A stretch of DNA of 35,649 nucleotides from an uncultured virus (IMG/VR IMGVR_UViG_3300025417_000001) (lineage: Duplodnaviria > Heunggongvirae > Uroviricota > Caudoviricetes). The notes under the pieces were generated by a model that worked only from the letters and a program-made list of their open reading frames with translations, was not told the DNA's origin and made no database searches. Within the stretch, counting starts at the first letter, position 1; each line of letters begins with the position of its first letter. The stretch lies in the IMG/VR virus record IMGVR_UViG_3300025417_000001; one strand, written 5' to 3'. Position numbers and translations under genes: made by a program. Of this stretch, positions 19,302-27,388 are shown piece by piece.

Positions 19302-19700
19302 TTAGTCGCGAACGACTGCAGCGTTGCCAGCTTCTTGGTGAGAACCATTGCGGAGAACTTCCTCAATGCGGTTGTCACCGTGGTCTGCGAAACCACCAGC
19401 TGCGAACTCAGAAAGATGTGATGGAGCTTCTACCCATGCAGCAGAACCAACATGTGCGCGTTCACGCATTGTCTCTTCTGGTAGCTTCTCAAAAACATTT
19501 TGATTACGGTTTGGACGACCTGCTGCAGGAACATATCCTTGCATAGCGCCCTTTGTGAATTCCTGTGGAACGTCTGTGTCTGTTGCAATTCCTTCTTCAA
19601 AGCGAAGAGGTCCGCGTTGTCCTGGTGTAGCTGGAGACACCTTGCGGTCGTAGACAGTTCCTGGACGTTCTGGGAACTTTGGGTCTGGTGCGATTGTCAT
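19302..19700 (-). CDS. Hypothetical protein between terminase and portal
   Basis: AGGAG RBS; RGPLRFEEGIATDTDVP. Confidence 0.75.
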   Translation of the reverse strand: MTIAPDPKFPERPGTVYDRKVSPATPGQRGPLRFEEGIATDTDVPQEFTKGAMQGYVPAAGRPNRNQNVFEKLPEETMRERAHVGSAAWVEAPSHLSEFAAGGFADHGDNRIEEVLRNGSHQEAGNAAVVRD

Positions 19701-19777
19701 TTATAACTCCTAAAGTTTGAAGTACTTCATGTAAAAGTTTGACCTGTCTTGAGTCAAATTTCAGCCTAAACGGATAA

Positions 19778-21361
19778 CTATCTAAAAAATGGAGATGAGG
19801 ATACTTCTATCTGAGGCATAGTCATTTCCATAGTCAAAGAGCAGGCAATAGCCAAGCTATCGGCATAATCGTCGTGGGCGTGGGCTTCATCAGGAGCTTT
19901 AGCCAAGAAGTTAGGTCCAGTGAACTTGGTCTCTAGGTCAGTCATCTGCTGGTAGAAACGCTTCCATGTTCTAGTGCGACGAGTCTTAGCGTGTGCAGGC
20001 CAACCAACCATCTCTCTATCAATAAGCGCTTTAAGATGCTTCCAACGCTTTGACTGTTCAGGTTGACTACTACCAATAGCAATAACTTCTGCTCTTGGAA
20101 GAAGAAGTTTCATACGTTGGGCTACTGCGTCACCAACACCGTTAGCATCAATGCCAACATACATAACATCGTAGTTTTCTAAAAACTTAGTAATCTGGAA
20201 GTACTGGTCTTCCCAGTCATCACCTTGAATCTCAAGCCAGTTGAGAATGCGGTGGTCAAAGTATCCGAACTCGTCTGGTCTATCCCAGTCCACCCACACT
20301 ACAGTTACAACAGTAGAGTCAATTTTACGCGCTGGGTCAATACCTACAACAACAGGTGTACGGTGCCAAGCACGGACAATCTCTTGAGATGTATCTCCAA
20401 GTTTATCCATAATGTTGGATGTAACGAACATACCGCGTTCAAGAAGCCACTTACAGCAATATGACATCTGGAACTCATCAGACTCTTCACCGATGCGCAG
20501 CATTTCTTTCTTAATGAACTTTGCGTAGTTAGCGTTGCATTTTGCTACATCACGCCAGTCCCATTCAAAGTGGTTCTGCCTTTTACCACGGGTAGTTTGA
20601 CGGCGTTTATTTAATTGGATTGATTTATAAAAGTTGTTCTTATGTGTGGTTGGGGTACCAGTTTTAACCATGGTTCCTGAGTAGTACGCCAACATAGGAG
20701 AGATAGATTTAGAAACTACAAAGTCATCTGCTTCTTGGCACTCGTCAATAACAATGAGATGGAAAGACTTAGATTCAATCTTTGCCCGTGGGTTAGCGGT
20801 CATCATCATAAGAGATGAGCCAGAGTTCTTTAGTTTAATTTGGCGTGTAACTCCTGGAACTCTACCAAGGGAGTCATCAATCTCAGGGTCACCAAGAATT
20901 TCTAATGCGCGCTCAGAGGTAAGACGATTAACAGTTCTACCAAATAGGGTTTCTACCTGACCTTCAACTGGAGCAAACATACCAATCCAAATACCGTTAG
21001 AGAACTTACCTAATAGGTCTGGATACATCTTTGCAAGGCGCGGTAATAGCACCATCAATGCAGCTACAGTATTAGCAATAGTCTCTGACTTACCTGACTG
21101 ACGAGCGGCAAGGGCTGTGATTTCTTCACCATCGTTAATTAGTATAGATTCAATAATGCGACGAGCAAGTGGCATTTGATACGGGTGAAGCTCATGGCCT
21201 ACTAACGCTGTTTGAAATTGAATACAGCGGTCAACGATTTTCTTTACAAACTCTGCAGAGAGTTCATCAAGTTCTATTTCCTCGTCTTCTGGTGGAAGTT
21301 CTTCGCCTTCAACCTCATCGGGAAAAAACTCTTCCTCATCGTCTTCTAATAAATTCTCCAT
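19778..21361 (-). CDS. terL: Terminase large subunit
   Basis: Walker A ARQSGKS, Walker B LIVIDECQE, coupling motif TGTP, RNase H-like VGIDPA and HDDYADS. Confidence 0.95.
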   Translation of the reverse strand: MENLLEDDEEEFFPDEVEGEELPPEDEEIELDELSAEFVKKIVDRCIQFQTALVGHELHPYQMPLARRIIESILINDGEEITALAARQSGKSETIANTVAALMVLLPRLAKMYPDLLGKFSNGIWIGMFAPVEGQVETLFGRTVNRLTSERALEILGDPEIDDSLGRVPGVTRQIKLKNSGSSLMMMTANPRAKIESKSFHLIVIDECQEADDFVVSKSISPMLAYYSGTMVKTGTPTTHKNNFYKSIQLNKRRQTTRGKRQNHFEWDWRDVAKCNANYAKFIKKEMLRIGEESDEFQMSYCCKWLLERGMFVTSNIMDKLGDTSQEIVRAWHRTPVVVGIDPARKIDSTVVTVVWVDWDRPDEFGYFDHRILNWLEIQGDDWEDQYFQITKFLENYDVMYVGIDANGVGDAVAQRMKLLLPRAEVIAIGSSQPEQSKRWKHLKALIDREMVGWPAHAKTRRTRTWKRFYQQMTDLETKFTGPNFLAKAPDEAHAHDDYADSLAIACSLTMEMTMPQIEVSSSPFFR

Positions 21362-21381
21362 ATTAGTCCCTAGTCTAAGTT

Positions 21382-21446
21382 AAAACAATAAGCCTGAGTC
21401 GTTAAACCCAGGCTAGTTGTTGCCACTACGGGGAGAGAAGAGAGGC
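21382..21446 (-). ncRNA. Candidate small RNA or attenuating leader upstream of terL
   Basis: TGT-TATACT at 21461-21453; GCC-[UCUCUUCUCUCCCCGUAGU]-GGC hairpin, then terminator-like hairpin 21414-21391 and UAUUGUUUU. Confidence 0.5.
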
Positions 21447-21452
21447 AGGAAT

Positions 21453-21461
21453 AGTATAACA
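21453..21461 (-). promoter_or_regulatory. Extended -10 promoter upstream of candidate sRNA/terL
   Basis: TGT-TATACT. Confidence 0.6.
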
Positions 21462-21480
21462 AAAATGTAGACAAATCCAC

Positions 21481-21732
21481 TTACAGCGGTGGGCGTGTCA
21501 TGCGTTTATATAACTCCTCTACAACCGCGTGTAGAGCTTCTGCACCTTGCCTAGCCTCAGTTAAATAAGCTTCATCCCGCGACTTTTGATAACCAGATAG
21601 GCATCTACCAACTTCATAAATAGCTTGGTCAGTCCACATTTCTAATTCAGCAGTAGGTATTTTAGATACGCGCTTGGCTACCTTTTCTGAAAACGGTTTT
21701 GTCCAAGTCGTAGACTTTTTAAAAAGTTTCAT
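21481..21732 (-). CDS. Hypothetical helical protein (terminase small subunit candidate by position only)
   Basis: Directly upstream of terL; start uncertain (21732 or 21762). Confidence 0.55.
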   Translation of the reverse strand: MKLFKKSTTWTKPFSEKVAKRVSKIPTAELEMWTDQAIYEVGRCLSGYQKSRDEAYLTEARQGAEALHAVVEELYKRMTRPPL

Positions 21733-22009
21733 CAAATAGACCATCCTCAGGCTTCCAAGCAACTCTAGACTTCATAGCCTCAGATAATAGCGCATCAATC
21801 TTTTCATCGTCTTCCCACGTAATAGCGGGGGTATGGTAGAAGATACCTAGGTAAAAACCTGGAGTAGTAAATGGGCATCTAAAGACTAAGCATTTACCTT
21901 TGCGGTAAGGCATTTCTGTTTCTTGAGTTGTTCCTACTTCAATTATTGGAAGTGGCTTCTTGTGGTAATACCGTAGTGTTCCTGCGTATAGTGGCCCGAA
22001 TGTTTTCAT
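21719..22009 (-). CDS. Hypothetical protein
   Basis: ATG at 22009 just after the upstream stop (MKTFGPLY...). Confidence 0.65.
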   Translation of the reverse strand: MKTFGPLYAGTLRYYHKKPLPIIEVGTTQETEMPYRKGKCLVFRCPFTTPGFYLGIFYHTPAITWEDDEKIDALLSEAMKSRVAWKPEDGLFDETF

Positions 22010-22010
22010 T

Positions 22011-22520
22011 TTAACTCTTTTGTATGCGGCTGGATATCTGTGCAAGACCACTAATTTGGGCCATAGCAGCGGCAGACATACCCGTTAAATCTGCTGGTCC
22101 ATTGGAAGAACTAGCATTTTCTAAGGTAGGTAAATAGTCATTAGTTGATGAGCTACTAGATAAACCCATCCACACATCTGTTCCAACATCATTGTATTGC
22201 CACCAAGTGTTATCTCTAAACACTATGTAAACAACTTTAGTATTTGAGTTGTAGGCAATTGCTAAAGCGCGGGGGCGAGAAGGTTTTTGAGTAGGAGCTG
22301 TCTCAGTAATTAATCCCACATCGGTTGTAGTACTAGAACTATTAGATAATGGGTCATTAGATGCTAAGAGTGAAAACGCCGTAATGTCTGGGTCATTAGG
22401 TATTTCTATATCTTGGTAATCAAGTGCTTCTTGATCCCATGCATATGTAGAACTAAAGTCTCTAGTCTCACGAAGAGCTTGTTCCATTAACTTCTTTAAT
22501 TCAGAGCGCTTACTAACCAT
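22011..22520 (-). CDS. KTSC-domain protein
   Basis: AIAYNSNTKVVYIVFRDNTWWQYNDV..DVWMGL..SSS..DYL matches the KTSC pattern. Confidence 0.7.
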   Translation of the reverse strand: MVSKRSELKKLMEQALRETRDFSSTYAWDQEALDYQDIEIPNDPDITAFSLLASNDPLSNSSSTTTDVGLITETAPTQKPSRPRALAIAYNSNTKVVYIVFRDNTWWQYNDVGTDVWMGLSSSSSTNDYLPTLENASSSNGPADLTGMSAAAMAQISGLAQISSRIQKS

Positions 22521-22783
22521 TAGTCCTCACAAATGTGGTCTTGTGTTTCCGTCTCCAGAACTCTAACTAAACATACGCTACAGCGCAAGTAACGGGGGGG
22601 TTTAAAGTTATTTTGTACCGTGGCGCCCTGATTAAAATCTGAACCATCTTCTCCATAAGCCTGGTCATAGTCATAGATGATTTCAGGTTCGGCAAGCAAT
22701 TCTGGTGAGAATGGACCACGAGGGGTCATGACGCGGTCTGGTACTGGGTGAACTTGTACGGCTTGGTGTTTAATTATCTTCAT
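22520..22783 (-). CDS. Hypothetical protein with C-terminal CxxC..HxC Zn motif
   Basis: RCSVC...HICED; probable ATG at 22783. Confidence 0.65.
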   Translation of the reverse strand: MKIIKHQAVQVHPVPDRVMTPRGPFSPELLAEPEIIYDYDQAYGEDGSDFNQGATVQNNFKPPRYLRCSVCLVRVLETETQDHICED

Positions 22784-22985
22784 CTGCATCAGCCTTCTTA
22801 GGCGCAGATGTTTTCTTTTTTGCAGACTTGTCTTGTTCAATAGGTGCCATTAAGGGAAAATGACCAGCTTCAGCGCGGTCACGCAACCAATGTGGAAGAC
22901 AAGATGTGCAGTAGTGGGCTGGATTAACTCCAGGATCAGCTGCCGTATATTGTGCGGGATTAGCGCAGTTGTCGCACTTTAACAT
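22770..22985 (-). CDS. Small Zn-finger protein
   Basis: CDNC...YCTSCLP; AGGAGG RBS. Confidence 0.75.
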   Translation of the reverse strand: MLKCDNCANPAQYTAADPGVNPAHYCTSCLPHWLRDRAEAGHFPLMAPIEQDKSAKKKTSAPKKADADEDN

Positions 22986-23020
22986 GTAGTCCTCCTAAAA
23001 TCAGAATACCAGTATAGACG

Positions 23021-23050
23021 AAAAAAGGTGGTCAGCACACGCTGACCACC
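23021..23050 (-). terminator. Rho-independent terminator
   Basis: GGTGGTCAGC-GTGT-GCTGACCACC followed by TTTTTT. Confidence 0.9.
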
Positions 23051-23063
23051 TAGTTTCTATAAT

Positions 23064-23351
23064 TTACTTATTGTTTTGTGCAATTGTCTTTTCAGCGTCA
23101 GAAATACCTGCAGAAATTCCTTGAGCCACAACAGCCTCTGGAAGTCCTGTCTTTGCTGAGATGATGTTTGCAACTGACTTAGGATTTAGCTTAGCAAGAG
23201 CTGGGCCAACTAAACCTGCTGCAAGTGCCCAAAGGACTGACTTGTAATCGTGGTGTCCTGGAGTCTTTAAGGTAACGCCAATAATACCTACGGCAGTACC
23301 TGCTGAAGCGTATACATAGTGCTCAACTAGAGCAAGAACTTTCTTATCCAT
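23064..23351 (-). CDS. Holin-like two-TM membrane protein
   Basis: Two hydrophobic segments, then ALAKLNPK. Confidence 0.55.
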   Translation of the reverse strand: MDKKVLALVEHYVYASAGTAVGIIGVTLKTPGHHDYKSVLWALAAGLVGPALAKLNPKSVANIISAKTGLPEAVVAQGISAGISDAEKTIAQNNK

Positions 23352-23368
23352 TTATCTCTCTTTCGTTA

Positions 23369-23384
23369 TGTGGGGTACCCCACA
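23369..23384. repeat. Perfect 16-bp palindrome
   Basis: TGTGGGGTACCCCACA, directly downstream of minus-strand TGC-TACAGT (23398-23390). Confidence 0.8.
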
Positions 23385-23398
23385 GAACTACTGTAGCA

Positions 23399-23653
23399 CT
23401 ATTCGCCTTCTTCTACGTGTTGCTCAAACCGCCCCTCAAGCTTAGCAACTTTCTCACCAATCTTAAGCTGGTCAGTACGTAGCTCTTTTAGCATAGGGAT
23501 GATATCTTTATTAATACGGTCATGAATAGATGCACCACCGTTAGGGCGCAGTTCAGATAAATACTTTTTTACTAGCCATTTGACGCCTGCTGCAGCGGCG
23601 ACTAAAATACCAATCTCAGCTGATGTTACGCCAATCCATGCATCAATGCTCAA
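23399..23653 (-). CDS. Actinophage-type single-TM protein with coiled-coil tail
   Basis: N-terminal TM; LSELRPNGGASIHDRI motif; TTG start. Confidence 0.7.
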   Translation of the reverse strand: MSIDAWIGVTSAEIGILVAAAAGVKWLVKKYLSELRPNGGASIHDRINKDIIPMLKELRTDQLKIGEKVAKLEGRFEQHVEEGE

Positions 23654-23864
23654 TGTATTTCCATTCTGTGTGATTTATCTAATACAGAATGGTTGTCCGT
23701 GTAAATGCCCCAAAATATGCGATTTCATACAATTTTACACATAAAAAAATAAATTATTTGTTAAAGATGCGCATTTAGACTTGACAATGCTTGTAACTCT
23801 TTGGTTTGCTAGTACATGACAGAAACATTAGAAATAATGTTTTCGCCAACTGAGAGGAGCAGCG

Positions 23865-24398
23865 ATGCTCAATATCAGAATTAATCTAACGATTAATCTA
23901 AAAAAAGTAGGTGCAGGGCTGTTAGCGGGGCTGATCTTTATGGCTCATCTAGTGACACCAGCTTATGCAGTTACAGCAGCGATAAAGGCAGAGACGCCTA
24001 CAACGGTATCTCTCCAGTTCCTTACTGTAACTACTACGCAAGCCCAAGCCGCACTAGACTTGGCTAGCCCTACCGTCAAATACTTTGACCCACAGGCAAT
24101 TGCATTTCTCACTACTTACTCCCAAGGATGGAGTAGAGCAGAGTGGGCATGCCTAAATAACTTATGGAATAGCGAAAGCCACTTCAATCCCAAAGCGCTT
24201 AATATGAGCACCCGTGCTTTTGGCATTGCTCAATTCTTACCTACAACGTGGGGAAACTACAACGTAGTAAAGACACTAAGTGCTAAGCTTCAAATTCAAT
24301 ACGGCCTACGATACGTACAAAAAAGATATGGGAGTATAAATGACCCAGCAGGTGCATGTAATGCATGGAGATTCCACCAAAAGAACGGGTGGTATTGA
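23865..24398 (+). CDS. Secreted lytic transglycosylase-like (SLT/Rpf-like) protein
   Basis: Signal peptide ending PAYA; EWACLNNLWNSES.FNPKA...AFGIAQFL...QIQYGLRYVQKRYG...AW.FHQKNGWY. Confidence 0.85.
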   Translation: MLNIRINLTINLKKVGAGLLAGLIFMAHLVTPAYAVTAAIKAETPTTVSLQFLTVTTTQAQAALDLASPTVKYFDPQAIAFLTTYSQGWSRAEWACLNNLWNSESHFNPKALNMSTRAFGIAQFLPTTWGNYNVVKTLSAKLQIQYGLRYVQKRYGSINDPAGACNAWRFHQKNGWY

Positions 24399-24642
24399 AG
24401 CACCGTACTTTGACGGAAGTCAGGTTTGTGCACAAGTAGACCCAGAACTATTCTTTCCAGAAGGTTCAATGGAGTCTGTGGTAAACCTTAAAATGGTTAA
24501 ACCTTTATGCAAGAGTTGCGAGTTCATGGACCCGTGTCTCAAGTACGCATTAGCTAACCCAGAGCTGCAAGGTATTTGGGCAGGCACTACTGAGACAGAA
24601 CGTAGAATTATGAGAAGGCGCAAAAGAAGAATAGCTGTATAG
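24361..24642 (+). CDS. whiB: WhiB-family Fe-S transcription factor
   Basis: CAQVDPELFFPE...CKSC....C...GIWAGTTETER, basic tail; start uncertain (24340 or 24361). Confidence 0.93.
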   Translation: MHGDSTKRTGGIEAPYFDGSQVCAQVDPELFFPEGSMESVVNLKMVKPLCKSCEFMDPCLKYALANPELQGIWAGTTETERRIMRRRKRRIAV

Positions 24643-24643
24643 C

Positions 24644-24673
24644 AAAAAGCCCCCGATTGCTCGGGGGCTTTTT
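24644..24673. terminator. Bidirectional terminator between convergent genes
   Basis: AAAAA-GCCCCCGA-TTGC-TCGGGGGC-TTTTT. Confidence 0.92.
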
Positions 24674-24686
24674 TGTTTGTGTTGGA

Positions 24687-25778
24687 TTATGATGCGAAGT
24701 AAGGTGTGATCTGTACAGTGTCTCCAGCTGAAACTGAAGCTGTAGCAGGTCCCTTGTTCTGTGAGTAGATTGTTCCCGCACGAGCAGCAACCTTTGCAGT
24801 GTTTCCTGAAAGACCGCTGTGTGTTGTGATATCTGCGTGTGTCTTTGCAAAACGGAAGTTATTAGCATCTGGGACAACTGTAATGGTATATGTTCCATTA
24901 AGGTCAGCGTCGTATGCTGAAGAACCTGAACCGTTAGTTAGACCAGCTATTGTTACAACATCGCCAACCTTGTATCCGTGAGCTGTTGCAGTCACAGATG
25001 CTACGTTAGATGTTAGTGTAATTGCTGAGATAACTGGGGTAAACGCTGATTGAACTGATACAACAAGTTCAGAATCTTGTAGAGCATCTGTAGCTAGGGC
25101 AGTTGTAAGTCCAAGTACGTTAGGCACCTTTACGTAGTCAGTTCCAGAAACATAAGCACCATCATTTGCAGTTACTTCGTCTGTGTAACGAGCTGTACCT
25201 GAGATGTTGATATATGTTCCAGTTCCTGAACCAGACACTGTGAATGTGTAACGGTTTGCTGATGCAACAGTTTGGTTGGTTCCATCAAGACCTGTACCAG
25301 TAATGTTTACTGTATCTCCAGCAACTAAGAAGTTGTTTGGAGCTGTGTAGGTCTGTGTGCTTCCGTCACCAGATGCTTGTGTAATACGATACACAGCTTG
25401 GTGGGTGCTTGAGAATTGAGGATAACTTGCGTAAGCAGATTCGGCAATTTCGTGTCCGTCTGGCTTTACTTTAATTGCAATTCCGTTGTTAAGAGTTTTT
25501 GTGATGCTTCCGTAAGCCAAGCTTTGAGAGGCTACCTTAGTGGTCTGTGACCAGCCAGTATCTCCTGTGCTTCCACCTGTGTTTGATACAGATGCATTAC
25601 GAACATCGTTTGGTTGTAGTGGGAAGTTTCCCCACGCACGATCAACGACAACATTGCCAGCAGAGTCTGTAGCATGTCCGTCGTTATTGGTGCCGCCAGC
25701 TTGGGCCGCAATAGTTACAGCATATAATCCTGTAGCTTTTGGGTCACCTTGAGCAGCAGGTGATGAATAACTTGACAT
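24687..25778 (-). CDS. Putative virion protein with a split PASTA-like domain and two small beta-barrel repeats
   Basis: VKVPNVLGLTTALATDALQDSELVV...AGTIYSQ...VSAGDTVQI; repeats NFLVAGDTVNITG and HGYKVGDVVTIAG. Confidence 0.65.
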   Translation of the reverse strand: MSSYSSPAAQGDPKATGLYAVTIAAQAGGTNNDGHATDSAGNVVVDRAWGNFPLQPNDVRNASVSNTGGSTGDTGWSQTTKVASQSLAYGSITKTLNNGIAIKVKPDGHEIAESAYASYPQFSSTHQAVYRITQASGDGSTQTYTAPNNFLVAGDTVNITGTGLDGTNQTVASANRYTFTVSGSGTGTYINISGTARYTDEVTANDGAYVSGTDYVKVPNVLGLTTALATDALQDSELVVSVQSAFTPVISAITLTSNVASVTATAHGYKVGDVVTIAGLTNGSGSSAYDADLNGTYTITVVPDANNFRFAKTHADITTHSGLSGNTAKVAARAGTIYSQNKGPATASVSAGDTVQITPYFAS

Positions 25779-25805
25779 TAGTTTTCCTTTATCTAGATAA
25801 AAGTA

Positions 25806-26081
25806 TTAACAGTCCCATGCGCGCAGAGATTTGTTAATACGGCTGTTAGGGTCATTAGCGGTCTTAGAGGACGTATTTTGTTTCTTCATACCTTCCATGC
25901 GAGCACAAAAGGATTTGCGACGAGCAGCAGACTTAGGTGATTTCTTTGCCTGCTCTTTTTTTACGGGTGGTTTAAGATTACTACCTGGGTGGGCCTTTTC
26001 GTATGACTTACGTCCTTTTTCATTTAGGCCGCCCTTAGGATTTTTACCTGATGAACGTTGCCATGCTTCTGATTTTGCCAT
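25806..26081 (-). CDS. DUF6321-like basic phage protein
   Basis: GKNPKGGLNEKGRKSY...RRKSFCARM...DPNSRINKSLRAWDC. Confidence 0.8.
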   Translation of the reverse strand: MAKSEAWQRSSGKNPKGGLNEKGRKSYEKAHPGSNLKPPVKKEQAKKSPKSAARRKSFCARMEGMKKQNTSSKTANDPNSRINKSLRAWDC

Positions 26082-26082
26082 G

Positions 26083-26568
26083 TTATGCTCCCATAATCAT
26101 CATGCTGAATGAGTTTGAACCATCTCCACCGCCAGTATTGGCAGTTCCATTAATAAGACCATTTGCATCTACGTAACCGACTACGTTGCCGTTGGCGTCT
26201 TGAAATTCAACAAGGTTTGCAGTTTGACCCGCCACCGCTTTTACAATTAAACCCTTAGTTGTAGAGTTGTTAGGGATGATGGTGTTAGAACCATCAGCGG
26301 CTTTACGAAGATACTGAGTGTGTGAATCTGCAACAACGCCTGTTTCAACGTTTGCAATACGAGCAGAAACTGTAGAAAATGATGTGGATGCGCTTACAAA
26401 GGCGTCACTGCTTGAAGGTGTTGTAGAAAGGGCTGGGTTAGCTCCAAGAGCTGATTCAATAGCTACAACTTCTTCTTGGATAGCATTTGGGTGACCAGCG
26501 TCAATAACCTCAGTTACGTTGACATGGGTAGGGAAGACCTTAACAGAGTTTGGATACGAAGCTGTCAT
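26083..26568 (-). CDS. Virion structural protein
   Basis: ASYP...HPNAIQEEVVAIESALG; HTQYL; C-terminal MMIMGA. Confidence 0.7.
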   Translation of the reverse strand: MTASYPNSVKVFPTHVNVTEVIDAGHPNAIQEEVVAIESALGANPALSTTPSSSDAFVSASTSFSTVSARIANVETGVVADSHTQYLRKAADGSNTIIPNNSTTKGLIVKAVAGQTANLVEFQDANGNVVGYVDANGLINGTANTGGGDGSNSFSMMIMGA

Positions 26569-26610
26569 GAAGGGCCTTTCAGTAGATATTTAAGTTTACA
26601 GGCTAAACGG

Positions 26611-26772
26611 TTAGTTTTGGTGCTCTCCGTTAGGTCCTCTTCCAGCATTACGATATTGGGCAATTCTTGGTCGTTCTTGGGAATTTAAGAACATACGACG
26701 AATTCCAAACCGCGAATCTTGTATAGTCACTTTTTGGGCTTTAGGTTGTTTAAATTCTGTTTTACGCTTCAT
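26611..26772 (-). CDS. 53-aa basic microprotein (absent from ORF track)
   Basis: MKRKTEFKQPKAQKVTIQDSRFGIRRMFLNSQERPRIAQYRNAGRGPNGEHQN; ATGA overlap with upstream ORF. Confidence 0.65.
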   Translation of the reverse strand: MKRKTEFKQPKAQKVTIQDSRFGIRRMFLNSQERPRIAQYRNAGRGPNGEHQN

Positions 26773-26936
26773 GGTGTCCAGCGATTCCATTGCTTAGCAT
26801 TTGTTATTTTGCCTTTTATAGGGGAAGTAATAATCCCAACGCGGGTAATGCCTTCTCTAAATTGTCTGCTTTTATTAGAGGCTTGAACTGGCGATGTTAC
26901 GTCAGACTTAACGCCAGAAGACTTTTTCTTTCTCAT
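26769..26936 (-). CDS. 55-aa basic microprotein (absent from ORF track)
   Basis: MRKKKSSGVKSD...KSRQFREG...KQWNRWTP; ATGA overlaps at both ends. Confidence 0.65.
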   Translation of the reverse strand: MRKKKSSGVKSDVTSPVQASNKSRQFREGITRVGIITSPIKGKITNAKQWNRWTP

Positions 26937-27388
26937 GAAGCACTAGAGCGCTTATCTGTTACTGAGAACTGGCGTGGGGTAAAGGTGTCTTCTAGATTAA
27001 CCGCTGGAGTAGAAGGCTTAGATGATGATTTACTTTCTCTTGCTCTTACAGCTTCTCTTTGAGCAGTAGAAAGCTTTACTGGCTTACCCGTGTCTGCACT
27101 GATAGAATGTGTAGCGTTAGGGCCCTTAGTAATAGGCTTAGGCCGTGTAGACCCTACTTTTGCTGGAGAAGGGTTTTTCTTTGGTGCATTAGGAAACTCT
27201 ACTTTTGGAGTTGGACTATCGCTACCTTTAGGGCCGCCTTCACGTGATGTTTCTTTTTTAGAAGGTTTACCTTTACCAGTAACTTTAGAAGTAGATTTTT
27301 TAAATGCCGCAGACTTTTTGATACCCGCTTTTACAATGCCACCAATAGCTGATGCAGCTTCAAGTTCTACAGAGCGTTTAGTAGTCAT
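26933..27388 (-). CDS. Lys/Ser/Pro-rich basic disordered protein
   Basis: Composition; TAGAAT 6 nt before ATG. Confidence 0.65.
   Translation of the reverse strand: MTTKRSVELEAASAIGGIVKAGIKKSAAFKKSTSKVTGKGKPSKKETSREGGPKGSDSPTPKVEFPNAPKKNPSPAKVGSTRPKPITKGPNATHSISADTGKPVKLSTAQREAVRARESKSSSKPSTPAVNLEDTFTPRQFSVTDKRSSAS

Noticed and set aside
23781..23815. Perfect TTGACA as a sigma70 -35 for the SLT-whiB island
   Set aside because: No TANNNT hexamer at 16-19 nt spacing; a promoter is likely in this region but cannot be placed
23700..23864. c-di-AMP (ydaO) riboswitch upstream of the transglycosylase
   Set aside because: Region is AT-rich and lacks the conserved ydaO sequence blocks; only a simple hairpin is visible
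25788..25801. 14-bp palindrome TTTATCTAGATAAA
   Set aside because: AT-rich single occurrence with no second copy noticed; insufficient evidence for an operator
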